Assembly: GCA_964636445.1 (NCBI GenBank)
Contig: CAZWSK010000003.1
Coordinates: 1-40,234, forward strand
Direction: 5' to 3'
From: an uncultured Chloracidobacterium sp.
Lineage (GTDB): Bacteria > Acidobacteriota > Blastocatellia > Pyrinomonadales > Pyrinomonadaceae
Length of the DNA: 40,234 nucleotides
Positions 28,401 through 36,639 of this stretch are shown piece after piece. Under the pieces are notes generated by a model, which saw only the letters and a program-made list of their open reading frames with translations, searched no databases and was not told the DNA's origin. The translations under genes were made by a program, and so were the position numbers. How positions within the stretch are numbered: position 1 is the first letter of the stretch; each line of letters begins with the position of its first letter.

Positions 28401-29951
28401 TCAATGCCCCGGCCATGACGCGGGCGACCAGAAAAAGTCCCAGTTCGGACCGCGGAAATACGTGCCGATCACCGTCAGCACGATGAATCCCGCCAAAAAG
28501 CAGGTGAATAAAGCTAGTGCGCCCGCGCGCGTCGAGTTGTAACGCTTGACAGCCCAGATAGAGAACGCCGCGTAAATTGCCGTGATCACCGTTCCGGGAT
28601 TGACGAACGTGATCACCAACTGTGGTATGTCAGGGAACCACTCGCGAAGCCACCCAAACCGTATCGCGAACGCCTCGACCAGTATCGACGACGCGAAGCC
28701 GACCACGATCGACCATCTCACCAGCCGCCATCCGCCGGGCCCACCGAACCATTCGCCGGTGCCCTCTTTTTCGCGGTCCAAAAAAGGTATCAGTCCGAGT
28801 CCAACGATGCACAGCATAGGTATGCCGATCCCGCCCATGAAGGCAGAGAACGAGACGATCTCCTGAAGACCGAGGAAGTACCAAGGAGCTTTAGCAGGAT
28901 TCTCGGGCACAAGCGGATTTGCAAGTTCCTTTAATGGCGCGTCCGAAACCAATGCGAGCCCGACACAGATCAGTACCGTCAGCATGAGCACACCGAGCTC
29001 GGCGTAGAACAGGTGCGGCATTGACGGGACCGTGTGCTCAGGCCCCGAGTTCACGGCCGGCGTTTTACCTTTTACGATCGCCGCCAGCTGATATGTCTTT
29101 GCCGGCTGATCGGTAAACACGGGATAGAATTCCTTCGCTTCTTCGACCACACGCTCGTCCGCGTCTTCCGGTTTTGCAAGGCCGCCGTCCTTGCGAATCC
29201 GCCAAAAATGGACGGCCATCAGCCCCGCGAGCGTGAGCGGCAAGATCATCACATGTAACAAATAGAAGCGTATCAACGCCTCTTCGCCAACAACCTCAGA
29301 CCCGAGCAGGATCTCTCGCTGCAACCCGCCGATGTCCATGAATTCGGTTACGCCCATCGCGTCCGTGATCTCACGCGGGCTCTGCGCGATGTTCGCGCCG
29401 ATCGTGATCGCCCAGTATGCCAACTGGTCCCACGGCAGCAAATAACCTGTAAAGGACAACGCGAGTGTCGTCACCAACAATCCCCAGCCGATAAACCAGT
29501 TGAATTCCCGCGGATGCCGATACGCAGCTGTATAAAACGCCCGCGCCATGTGCAGTATCACTGCGACAACCATGACGTTAGCGGCCCAGCGGTGAATATT
29601 CCGCATGTACCGGCCCGTTGGCACGATAAAGTGAATGTCCTTGATCGACTGGTACGCCACGTCCGTGTACGGCTTGTAATAGAACATCAGCAGCACGCCG
29701 GTCACGAGTGTGATCAGGAAAGCCGCGGTCGTGATGATGCCGAGCCCCGCCGTAGTCGACCACCGCAATGACCACAGATGTGTCCGTACCGAGTGCAGGT
29801 GCAGAAAGACATTGCCGAATACGAACGACGAACGAGTCCTGTCCGTTTTCGGAGCGCCGCCGCGGAACATCGAGCGGTAAACGCGATACGGTATTGCCTT
29901 CAGGTTCGCCCAGAATTCGTTTAGTGCGGAATACGGTTGTTCAGCCTGCAT
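28401..29951 (-). CDS. Cytochrome b (fused b6 / subunit IV type with extra C-terminal helices) of a Rieske/cyt b complex
   Basis: Heme ligand pairs H-x13-H (IHRWAANVMVVAVILH) and H-x14-H (LHVMILPLTLAGLMAVH). PEWY-position motif APWYFLGLQE. 516 aa. Confidence 0.9.
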   Translation of the reverse strand: MQAEQPYSALNEFWANLKAIPYRVYRSMFRGGAPKTDRTRSSFVFGNVFLHLHSVRTHLWSLRWSTTAGLGIITTAAFLITLVTGVLLMFYYKPYTDVAYQSIKDIHFIVPTGRYMRNIHRWAANVMVVAVILHMARAFYTAAYRHPREFNWFIGWGLLVTTLALSFTGYLLPWDQLAYWAITIGANIAQSPREITDAMGVTEFMDIGGLQREILLGSEVVGEEALIRFYLLHVMILPLTLAGLMAVHFWRIRKDGGLAKPEDADERVVEEAKEFYPVFTDQPAKTYQLAAIVKGKTPAVNSGPEHTVPSMPHLFYAELGVLMLTVLICVGLALVSDAPLKELANPLVPENPAKAPWYFLGLQEIVSFSAFMGGIGIPMLCIVGLGLIPFLDREKEGTGEWFGGPGGWRLVRWSIVVGFASSILVEAFAIRFGWLREWFPDIPQLVITFVNPGTVITAIYAAFSIWAVKRYNSTRAGALALFTCFLAGFIVLTVIGTYFRGPNWDFFWSPASWPGH

Positions 29952-29953
29952 CG

Positions 29954-30433
29954 CTACACCTTTGTTCCTGATCTAACGGTCGTTCCCTCGTCGATATTGA
30001 CGACCGAGCCGTTCATGCTGCACTTGAGCCACGGCAGCGGTTTTGGGGCCGGGCCTTTGCGGACAGTGCCGTCCTTTTCAAAACCCGACCCGTGGCACGG
30101 GCAATCGAATCCCGCACCGCTCGCCTTCACGATGCATCCAAGATGCGTACATATCGTCGAGATCGCATAAACGCCTTCACCGTCGCGAAAAACCGCGACA
30201 TTGCGTCCCGGCGGTATGAACGCCTCGCCGTCGAGCAGCGTATCGGGCAGCGAGACATTGAACTTTTTCGACTGCGTCGCCGAGACCGCGGCTTTCGGCA
30301 GTTTGAGCATTCCGAACACAGAGAACACGAACGCCGCGATCATCGAGCCCAACGCTGCGAAGCCGAGAAAGTCGCGCCGCGGCATCGGCTCAGGATCAAA
30401 TCGCGATTGTTTCTTACCCGGATGTGTCGTCAT
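29954..30433 (-). CDS. Rieske [2Fe-2S] subunit with a Tat-type signal/anchor
   Basis: CTHLGC...CPCHGS Rieske boxes. PRRDFLGFAALG signal. Start set to the ATG at 30433, which forms an ATGA overlap with the upstream stop. Confidence 0.88.
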   Translation of the reverse strand: MTTHPGKKQSRFDPEPMPRRDFLGFAALGSMIAAFVFSVFGMLKLPKAAVSATQSKKFNVSLPDTLLDGEAFIPPGRNVAVFRDGEGVYAISTICTHLGCIVKASGAGFDCPCHGSGFEKDGTVRKGPAPKPLPWLKCSMNGSVVNIDEGTTVRSGTKV

Positions 30434-32343
30434 ACACAGCTCCAATTTGTCTGAAATGTCACCCGCTCCATGGAGATCGCATCGACCGGGCACCGCATCG
30501 CGCACAGGGCGCAGCGGATGCAGCGGTCTTCGTCCTTGAGGATCGCGGAGTTTGCGGCGATATCGGCGTCCTTGCCGAGCGCACGGTCAAACGCATCGCT
30601 CATCTCCTCGCCAAACTCGATCCGGTCCAGTGAGATGAGTTTTAAACATTCCGTCGGGCAAACATCCGCGCAGCCGCCGCAGAGCACGCAGCGCATTCCG
30701 TCGAAAACGGGCGTCACGCCGCAATCGAGACATCGCGATGCCTCGCGCATCGCCTCTTCTTTTGAATAGCCTATTTCTACGACATTCTCCGGATGTTCGA
30801 GTCGCTCCTCGGGCTCGATGGTGGGAACCTCGACGCGGCGGATGGATTCGTAGCCGAGCTCGCGGCGGTATCGTTCGAGGACCTTGTGTGCCTCGATCAC
30901 CTCGCTGCGCAGCTCGCGGCCTGTCAGGTATTGATAGACGGAACGCGCCGCCGATTTGCCGGAGGCGACTGCGTCGATCAGGAGGCGCGTTCCGTGGGCG
31001 AGATCGCCGGCGACAAAGACGCCATCAGCGGTGGTGGACAAGGTCTGTGGATCCACCTTTAACCAGTCACCGCGCATGCGCTCGACGTCTTTGCCGCCGG
31101 CCTCCAGGAATGTGAGTTTTGGTGCCTGGCCGACGGCGAGCAGCACGGTGTCGCAGGGAATGACACGCGTGTCGTCGTCATCGTAGAGCGGGGAAAACTT
31201 GCGTTCGTCGTCATATACGCGCAGGCACCGGCGAAAGGCAACGCCGGTTACGCGGCCATTCTCGTTCCTCACGATCTCGGTCGGGCCCCAGCCGTTGCTG
31301 CGGTCGATGCCTTCCTCGTCGCCCTCGACGATCTCGATAGTGTCGGCCGGCATCTCTTCGGCGTGTTCGAGGGAGACGAGATGAACCTTTGTCGTGCCGG
31401 CCAGGCGAGCCGCCGTCCGGGCGGTGTCAAAAGCGATCTGCCTTACCACCGATCTTGCGACATCGTAAGCGACATTTCCGCCGCCGATGACGACGACCTC
31501 ATCGCCGACCTCGACGGGCTCATTTAAGGAAACGTCCCGCAGCAGATCGACGCCGCCTATCACGCCCGGGCCGTCCTCGCCTTTCAGTCCGAGTGCTCGC
31601 GAGGATTTCGCCCCTACCGCGATGATGACGGCGGCATGATCCTCGCGAAGCTCGGCAAACGTAACATCGCGGCCAACCTCGACGCCGCAGCGTATGTCTG
31701 CCCCAAGAGCTTCAATGACCGCGACCTCGTTCGCGATCAGCTCTCGGGGCAGACGATACGCCGGCACGCCGACGGCGAGCATGCCCGCCGCGACGGGCTC
31801 GATCTCAAAAACGACCGGCTTGAATCCAAGGATCGCCAGGTCGTGTGCGGCGCTGAGTCCTGCCGGCCCGGCCCCGATAATGGCGATCTTCTCGCCATTA
31901 CCGGGCACCACGGCACGGTTGCGAGCGGCGCGGAGGAGTGCCGCTAATTCTTCTACATCGGCCGCGACGGGCGGGATGAAATCCGTTATCTCGTCGACGA
32001 CCTCGCTTACAGGACGTGCTTCGGGCCCGTATTGATCGCAGACAAACCGCTTCAGCGCACGGATCGCTATCGGGCGGTCCTGGCCGACGAACTTGCCGTC
32101 GTCGTTGACCTTCGGGATCTTTCCCCGGCGGCATTCGATCTCGCACGGTGCCCCGCAGATGCGTCCGCAGATCGATGCAAAGGGATTTGGGCCGCGGGCG
32201 ATGAGGTAAGCTTCGTTGAATCGTCCGTCGGCTATCGCCCTCACGTAACCGCGTGCATCTGTATGCACAGGGCAAGCCGCCTGGCACGAGATCAGGCCCT
32301 TGTGATACCCATCGCCCGGGATGTTGACCCTAAGCTGCTGCAT
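30430..32343 (-). CDS. GltD-like NAD(P)H-dependent FAD/FeS oxidoreductase with a C-terminal 2x[4Fe-4S] ferredoxin domain (cytoplasmic)
   Basis: N-terminal FeS region CQAACPVHTD...ICGRICGAPCEIEC. Dinucleotide folds IAIIGAGPAGLSAAHDL and VVVIGGGNVAYDVA. C-terminal CVLCGGCADVCP and CIRCALCAMRCP. No signal peptide. Start moved to the ATG at 32343 because the longer ORF would run into the operator at 32405-32420. Confidence 0.85.
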   Translation of the reverse strand: MQQLRVNIPGDGYHKGLISCQAACPVHTDARGYVRAIADGRFNEAYLIARGPNPFASICGRICGAPCEIECRRGKIPKVNDDGKFVGQDRPIAIRALKRFVCDQYGPEARPVSEVVDEITDFIPPVAADVEELAALLRAARNRAVVPGNGEKIAIIGAGPAGLSAAHDLAILGFKPVVFEIEPVAAGMLAVGVPAYRLPRELIANEVAVIEALGADIRCGVEVGRDVTFAELREDHAAVIIAVGAKSSRALGLKGEDGPGVIGGVDLLRDVSLNEPVEVGDEVVVIGGGNVAYDVARSVVRQIAFDTARTAARLAGTTKVHLVSLEHAEEMPADTIEIVEGDEEGIDRSNGWGPTEIVRNENGRVTGVAFRRCLRVYDDERKFSPLYDDDDTRVIPCDTVLLAVGQAPKLTFLEAGGKDVERMRGDWLKVDPQTLSTTADGVFVAGDLAHGTRLLIDAVASGKSAARSVYQYLTGRELRSEVIEAHKVLERYRRELGYESIRRVEVPTIEPEERLEHPENVVEIGYSKEEAMREASRCLDCGVTPVFDGMRCVLCGGCADVCPTECLKLISLDRIEFGEEMSDAFDRALGKDADIAANSAILKDEDRCIRCALCAMRCPVDAISMERVTFQTNWSCV

Positions 32344-32404
32344 ACTTGTCCGGTGGGAGCCGATTAGACTTACCTCGACGATATAGTCCGGCGAACCGCC
32401 CAAA

Positions 32405-32420
32405 TATGACTCAGGTCACA
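32405..32420. promoter_or_regulatory. Candidate Crp/Fnr-family operator TATGACTCAGGTCACA (copy 3 of 3), with a -10-like hexamer for the 10-gene operon
   Basis: On the minus strand the motif is followed 19 nt later by TATATC (32385-32380). The centre is about 69.5 nt upstream of the ATG at 32343. Confidence 0.5.
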
Positions 32421-32517
32421 TCGGTGAGGAATTTGTGCGAACTGTTGTATTATTTGTACGATCGGTGCTCGCCGGGCTTCTTTTTCCGGCCCTCGGCCAT
32501 CCAAACTCCGCTGATTT

Positions 32518-33369
32518 ATGAAATATCTGACCCTAGCATTCACGGTTCTCTTGGCGCCCATGCTCGGCCTGAGTCAGACCGAGCGGCCCGACTTCCGATC
32601 TGTTGTCGAGGACCTTTTTAAAAAGGAATACAAGCGTGATTTCGAGACAGTGTGCCCGATCACCAGTGATTGGGTCTCGGCTAAGATCTTTCGCGAATAC
32701 GGCGCGATCTTTGTAGCAAAAGGCGGGGCGATGCTGCCGCCGCGATGCATTTACGAGTCCGAAGCCGAGCTCGACAGGCTCCACAGTCAACTTGATTCTC
32801 AAACGGAGGTCGTCGACGGAGTTCGCGTCACTTTGCAGCGGCCAGCGATGGCGGCGTTGTTGAATGCCCGCCTGCAGGCGGCCAAGCGCCGGCTCAAGAT
32901 CAGTCCACGGGGTGGCGCGACTGCGTCGGCGCGAAGTTATTCAGCGACCGTCACGCTTTGGAAGTCCCGGGTCGACCCTGGCCTGCGATATTGGCGCCAG
33001 CGGGGCCGAATATCTGCAGCGGACGCAAATGCTGCTGCCGACGCACCGACACGCGAGCAGATCGAGAAGATACTCGCTTGGGAGGAGGACGGTATGTTTT
33101 TCAGCAAGGACCTCTCAAAATCGATACTCTATTCCGTTGCCGTGCCGGGCGCTTCGCAGCACAACTTCTTGCTCGCTCTCGACGTCCAGCAGTTCGGCAA
33201 CGCGCAGGTGCGAGCGATCCTTGCCGAAAATGGCTGGTTCCAAACTGTCAAGAGCGACTTGCCGCACTTCACTTATCTCGGCCTCAAAGAGAGCGAGCTG
33301 CCGGCGCACGGGCTCAAGAGCGTGACCGTCGGTGGACAAAAATTCTGGGTCCCGAATCTCAAAGAATAG
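32518..33369 (+). CDS. Secreted LAS/M15-family (VanY-like) zinc peptidase-like protein, paralog 1
   Basis: Signal peptide MKYLTLAFTVLLAPMLGLSQ. H-x6-D motif SQHNFLLALD and terminal His motif LPHFTYLG (compare VanY SxHxxGxAxD and WHFRY). Confidence 0.6.
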   Translation: MKYLTLAFTVLLAPMLGLSQTERPDFRSVVEDLFKKEYKRDFETVCPITSDWVSAKIFREYGAIFVAKGGAMLPPRCIYESEAELDRLHSQLDSQTEVVDGVRVTLQRPAMAALLNARLQAAKRRLKISPRGGATASARSYSATVTLWKSRVDPGLRYWRQRGRISAADANAAADAPTREQIEKILAWEEDGMFFSKDLSKSILYSVAVPGASQHNFLLALDVQQFGNAQVRAILAENGWFQTVKSDLPHFTYLGLKESELPAHGLKSVTVGGQKFWVPNLKE

Positions 33370-34212
33370 ATGAGGATCGCGCTGACCTTAACCGCCGTCG
33401 CTACCGTGACGCTGTTCTTCACGGCGTGCCAAAACGAAGCTGGCACCGCCCCGAATGTCGCAAAACCGATGAAGGACGGATTTACCGCCAACCTGCCAGC
33501 GGGATTTGAACAGCCCACCGACGACGTGGGGAAGAGGATGTTGAAGGAGTACGGTGCGGTATTCGTAGCCCGTGGGGGAGCGGTCGCGCCGCCGACGGCT
33601 GTCTTTCGCGATGCCGCCTCGGTGACGGCTTTCCAGGCTGCCGCGAAAGGGATAAGTGCCGACATCAACGGAATCACCATCGAACTGCAGGAACCGGCGA
33701 TGGAGCAGCTCCGGGAAGCTGTCGCCGAAGCTCGGAGTTCAGGAGCCTCCATCACGCCGCGCGGAGCAGACGCCGCAAAGCGCAGCTACGAGGACACCGT
33801 GACGCTATGGGCAAGCCGCGTGAATCCCGGATTGTCCCATTGGGTCGCGAAAGGCCGCCTTACTCAGGCCGAGGCTGACCGCATTCGCGTTCTGTCGCCC
33901 TTTGAACAGGTGCCTGAGATCTTCAAGCTCGAGGAGCAGGGAATTTACTTCGCCAAATCCCTCGACAAATCGATCATCTACTCAGTTGCCCCGCCGGGCA
34001 CCTCGCAGCACCTGTCGATGCTCGCGCTAGACATCAACGAGCACGACAACCCTAAGGTGCGAGCGATCATGGCAAAGCACGGCTGGTACCAGACGGTCGT
34101 CAGCGATCTGCCGCATTTCACTTTTTTGGGGGCTGAGGAGAGCGAACTTCCCACGCTGGGATTGAAGAAGAGAAACGACGGCGGCCGGGCCTATTGGGTG
34201 CCCGACATTTGA
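33370..34212 (+). CDS. Lipoprotein LAS/M15-family (VanY-like) zinc peptidase-like protein, paralog 2
   Basis: Lipobox-like LFFTAC. SQHLSMLALD and LPHFTFLG motifs. Collinear similarity to the preceding gene (EYGA[IV]FVA[KR]GGA, TVTLW.SRV.PGL, WYQTV.SDLPHFT). It starts immediately after the paralog 1 stop. Confidence 0.6.
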   Translation: MRIALTLTAVATVTLFFTACQNEAGTAPNVAKPMKDGFTANLPAGFEQPTDDVGKRMLKEYGAVFVARGGAVAPPTAVFRDAASVTAFQAAAKGISADINGITIELQEPAMEQLREAVAEARSSGASITPRGADAAKRSYEDTVTLWASRVNPGLSHWVAKGRLTQAEADRIRVLSPFEQVPEIFKLEEQGIYFAKSLDKSIIYSVAPPGTSQHLSMLALDINEHDNPKVRAIMAKHGWYQTVVSDLPHFTFLGAEESELPTLGLKKRNDGGRAYWVPDI

Positions 34213-34214
34213 AT

Positions 34215-36308
34215 TTACCCAAATCCTAACAACTTTCCGCCCTGATACGTCAGCAATGCCGCGACGTACGCGATCACCGTCATGTAACTGAACATAAATA
34301 GCGGCCATGTCCAGGAGTTCGTCTCGCGGCGCACCACCGCCAACGTCGACATACACTGCATCGCCAAAACGAAAAAGACCATCAGCGTCAGCGCCGTGAG
34401 AGGCGTCCAGACGGGCGTGCCGTCGTCTTTTTTCTCATCGCGGATGGCTGAAATGAGCGTTTCACTCTCTTCGTTCTCGTCCTTGCCGACGTTGTAGATG
34501 ATGCTGAGCGTCGAGACCAGGACCTCGCGGGCGGCAAAGCTTGCGATGAGCGCGACGCCTATCTTCCAATCGAAACCAAGCGGCTCGATGACCGGCTCGA
34601 TCGCATGGCCGAGGCGGCCGGCGAAACTGTTTTTTAGCTGTTGGCTTTCGGGAATCGCCACCTCGGGTGCGGGGTCGCCTTGGTCTTCGGGAGCCGAGAG
34701 CGGCGGGTCATCGGGATCAACGTCCCGGGCGGAAACGCGACCGTCAGGGAGCGGGCGTTCGGCGGCTACCGCGGCTGGGTCGGGCTTGGTTTCAGTTTGA
34801 CTTGACGCACGCTCCCTTACGGTCGCGTTTCCGCCCGGAACCGGCTCCGCTGAGCGGGGGAAGTACATCAGAGCCCACAGAATGATCGAGATCGCCAAGA
34901 TGACCGTACCCGCGCGTTTTAGGAAGAGCCAAGCGCGGGTGAGCATGTTTTGGATAACGGTGCGGAGGTTGGGAAGGCGGTACGGCGGCAGTTCCATCAG
35001 GAACGGCGGCGGTGGGGCCTTCAGAACTGTTCGCTTCAACAGGAAAGCGACCGCGATGGCGACGGCAATGCCGATCGTGTACATCGCGAGCATCAGCAAG
35101 GCGCCGACGGAGATGAATCCCATTACGTACTGTCCGCCAAAGAACGCCCCGATCATGAGCGTATAGACCGGCAAGCGCGCCGAGCAACTCATGAACGGAG
35201 CGATCAGGATCGTTGCAAACCGGTCGCGGCGGCTTTCGATCGTTCGGGTAGCCATGATGCCGGGGATCGCGCATGCGAAGCTGGATATCAGCGGCAAAAA
35301 CGCTTTACCGTGCAACCCAACGCGGGACATTATTTTGTCCAGCAGAAACGCCGCACGGGCCATATAACCGGTGTCTTCAAGCAGGGAAATAAAGAGGAAC
35401 AGCAGCAGGATCTGCGGTAGAAAGACGACTACGCCGCCGACACCTGCGATGATCCCGTCGGCGATCAGATCGGCGAGAATTCCTTCAGGAAGCAGTGATT
35501 TTGCCGTGTCGCTAAGAGCTCCGAAGCCTTGCTCCAACAGATCCATCGGCAGCGTCGCCCACGAGAAGATCGTTTGAAAAACGACGAGCAGGATAGCGAC
35601 GAGGATGACGAGGCCGAAGAATTTGTGCGTAAGGACGCGGTCGATTCTTTCCGACAGGCGGTGCTTGTCGTGGTCACTGTGCCAGACCGATTCCTGAACG
35701 GCGTTTGAGATGAAGTTATAACGAGCAAAGATCTTACCGTGCGGCCCGTCCTCATCCGTTCCGGCCGCAACGTAAGGCAACTCAGGTGTGGTGTCGATCA
35801 CGTCGCGGACTTTCTGCGACAGCTCGTCGATACCGCGGCCGGTCTTTGCGTTTACAGCAACGACTGGTGTTTTGAGCAGCGCCGAGAGCATCTCGACGTC
35901 GATCTGGTGCTTTTGCTTTTCAAACTGGTCGATCATCGTCAGGGCGACGACGACGGGGACACCGAACTCAAATAGCTGAGTAACAAGATAGAGATTGCGT
36001 TCGAGATTCGTCGCATCGACGACCGCCACCACCGCGTCCGGCCGCGGCACGTCGGCTTGCTCGCCGGTGATGATCGCACGGGCGATCTGCTCGTCGAGCG
36101 AGGTGGCGTCGAGGCTGTAAAGGCCGGGCAGGTCGATCAACTCGGATACCTTGCCGTTCAGCCGCCACGGACCGCTCTTGCGTTCGACCGTGACGCCGGG
36201 ATAATTCGCTACTTTTTGCTTAAGGCCTGTGAGAGCGTTAAAAAGCGTCGTCTTGCCGGCGTTAGGATTGCCGGCGAGTGCGATGGTGATGTGACGGTGG
36301 TCGGCCAT
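34215..36308 (-). CDS. feoB: Ferrous iron transporter B
   Basis: G-domain IALAGNPNAGKTTLFNALTG, DLPG and NMID-like TMID motifs. Polytopic C-terminal permease. Start moved to the ATG at 36308 (MADHRHITIALAG), because the longer ORF runs into the intergenic inverted repeat. Confidence 0.92.
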   Translation of the reverse strand: MADHRHITIALAGNPNAGKTTLFNALTGLKQKVANYPGVTVERKSGPWRLNGKVSELIDLPGLYSLDATSLDEQIARAIITGEQADVPRPDAVVAVVDATNLERNLYLVTQLFEFGVPVVVALTMIDQFEKQKHQIDVEMLSALLKTPVVAVNAKTGRGIDELSQKVRDVIDTTPELPYVAAGTDEDGPHGKIFARYNFISNAVQESVWHSDHDKHRLSERIDRVLTHKFFGLVILVAILLVVFQTIFSWATLPMDLLEQGFGALSDTAKSLLPEGILADLIADGIIAGVGGVVVFLPQILLLFLFISLLEDTGYMARAAFLLDKIMSRVGLHGKAFLPLISSFACAIPGIMATRTIESRRDRFATILIAPFMSCSARLPVYTLMIGAFFGGQYVMGFISVGALLMLAMYTIGIAVAIAVAFLLKRTVLKAPPPPFLMELPPYRLPNLRTVIQNMLTRAWLFLKRAGTVILAISIILWALMYFPRSAEPVPGGNATVRERASSQTETKPDPAAVAAERPLPDGRVSARDVDPDDPPLSAPEDQGDPAPEVAIPESQQLKNSFAGRLGHAIEPVIEPLGFDWKIGVALIASFAAREVLVSTLSIIYNVGKDENEESETLISAIRDEKKDDGTPVWTPLTALTLMVFFVLAMQCMSTLAVVRRETNSWTWPLFMFSYMTVIAYVAALLTYQGGKLLGFG

Positions 36309-36321
36309 CAAAGAAATTGCC

Positions 36322-36385
36322 CACGAAAGGCACGAAAGACACAAAAATAAGACGTTCTCATTTTGTGTGTTTCGTGTGTTTCGAG
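36322..36385. repeat. Long imperfect inverted repeat (25-nt arms, 13-nt loop) between feoA and feoB, built from CACGAAAG-like units
   Basis: Left arm 36322-36347 is CACGAAAGGCACGAAAGACACAAAAA. Right arm 36361-36385 is TTTTGTGTGTTTCGTGTGTTTCGAG. 21 of 25 positions are complementary. It fills most of the 85-nt spacer. Confidence 0.6.
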
Positions 36386-36393
36386 GGCTGGAT

Positions 36394-36639
36394 TTATACC
36401 GTCACCTCCACGGCGTCGGCTTCCGAGCGGCGCATGGCGAGGGAGTAACCGCGAAGGCGAACCTCGATCGGGTCTCCGAAGGGCGCGGCCTTAACGACTT
36501 TCAGGAAAACGCCGGGAACGACGCCCATTTCCATCAGGCGTTGTGTCACGCGGCCGCTGCCATTGACAGCCGTTACGCGTGCCCGCTCGCCAAGCGGGAC
36601 GCTCATCAGGGTCCGCTTATCAGGGTTTTTGTTTGTCAT
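36394..36639 (-). CDS. feoA: FeoA-family small protein
   Basis: FeoA/SH3-like pattern LGERARVTAV...RLMEMGVVPGVFLKVVKAAPFGDPIEVRLRGYSLAMRRSEA. The start may instead be the ATG at 36606, which would remove the 20-nt overlap with the upstream gene. Confidence 0.82.
   Translation of the reverse strand: MTNKNPDKRTLMSVPLGERARVTAVNGSGRVTQRLMEMGVVPGVFLKVVKAAPFGDPIEVRLRGYSLAMRRSEADAVEVTV

Noticed and set aside
32344-32403. Longer N-terminal extensions given by the ORF track for several genes: 32403, 30505, 20849, 36344, 37132, 17318
   Set aside because: The extensions would overlap upstream genes, operators or the feoA-feoB repeat. The internal ATGs give canonical N-termini (signal peptides, a Tat motif, the G-domain start), SD sequences or ATGA stop-start coupling.
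36322-36385. CRISPR array or mobile element at the CACGAAAG repeats
   Set aside because: There are only about three 8-9-nt units per arm, arranged as an inverted repeat. There is no repeat-spacer periodicity, and no cas or transposase genes occur anywhere in the window.
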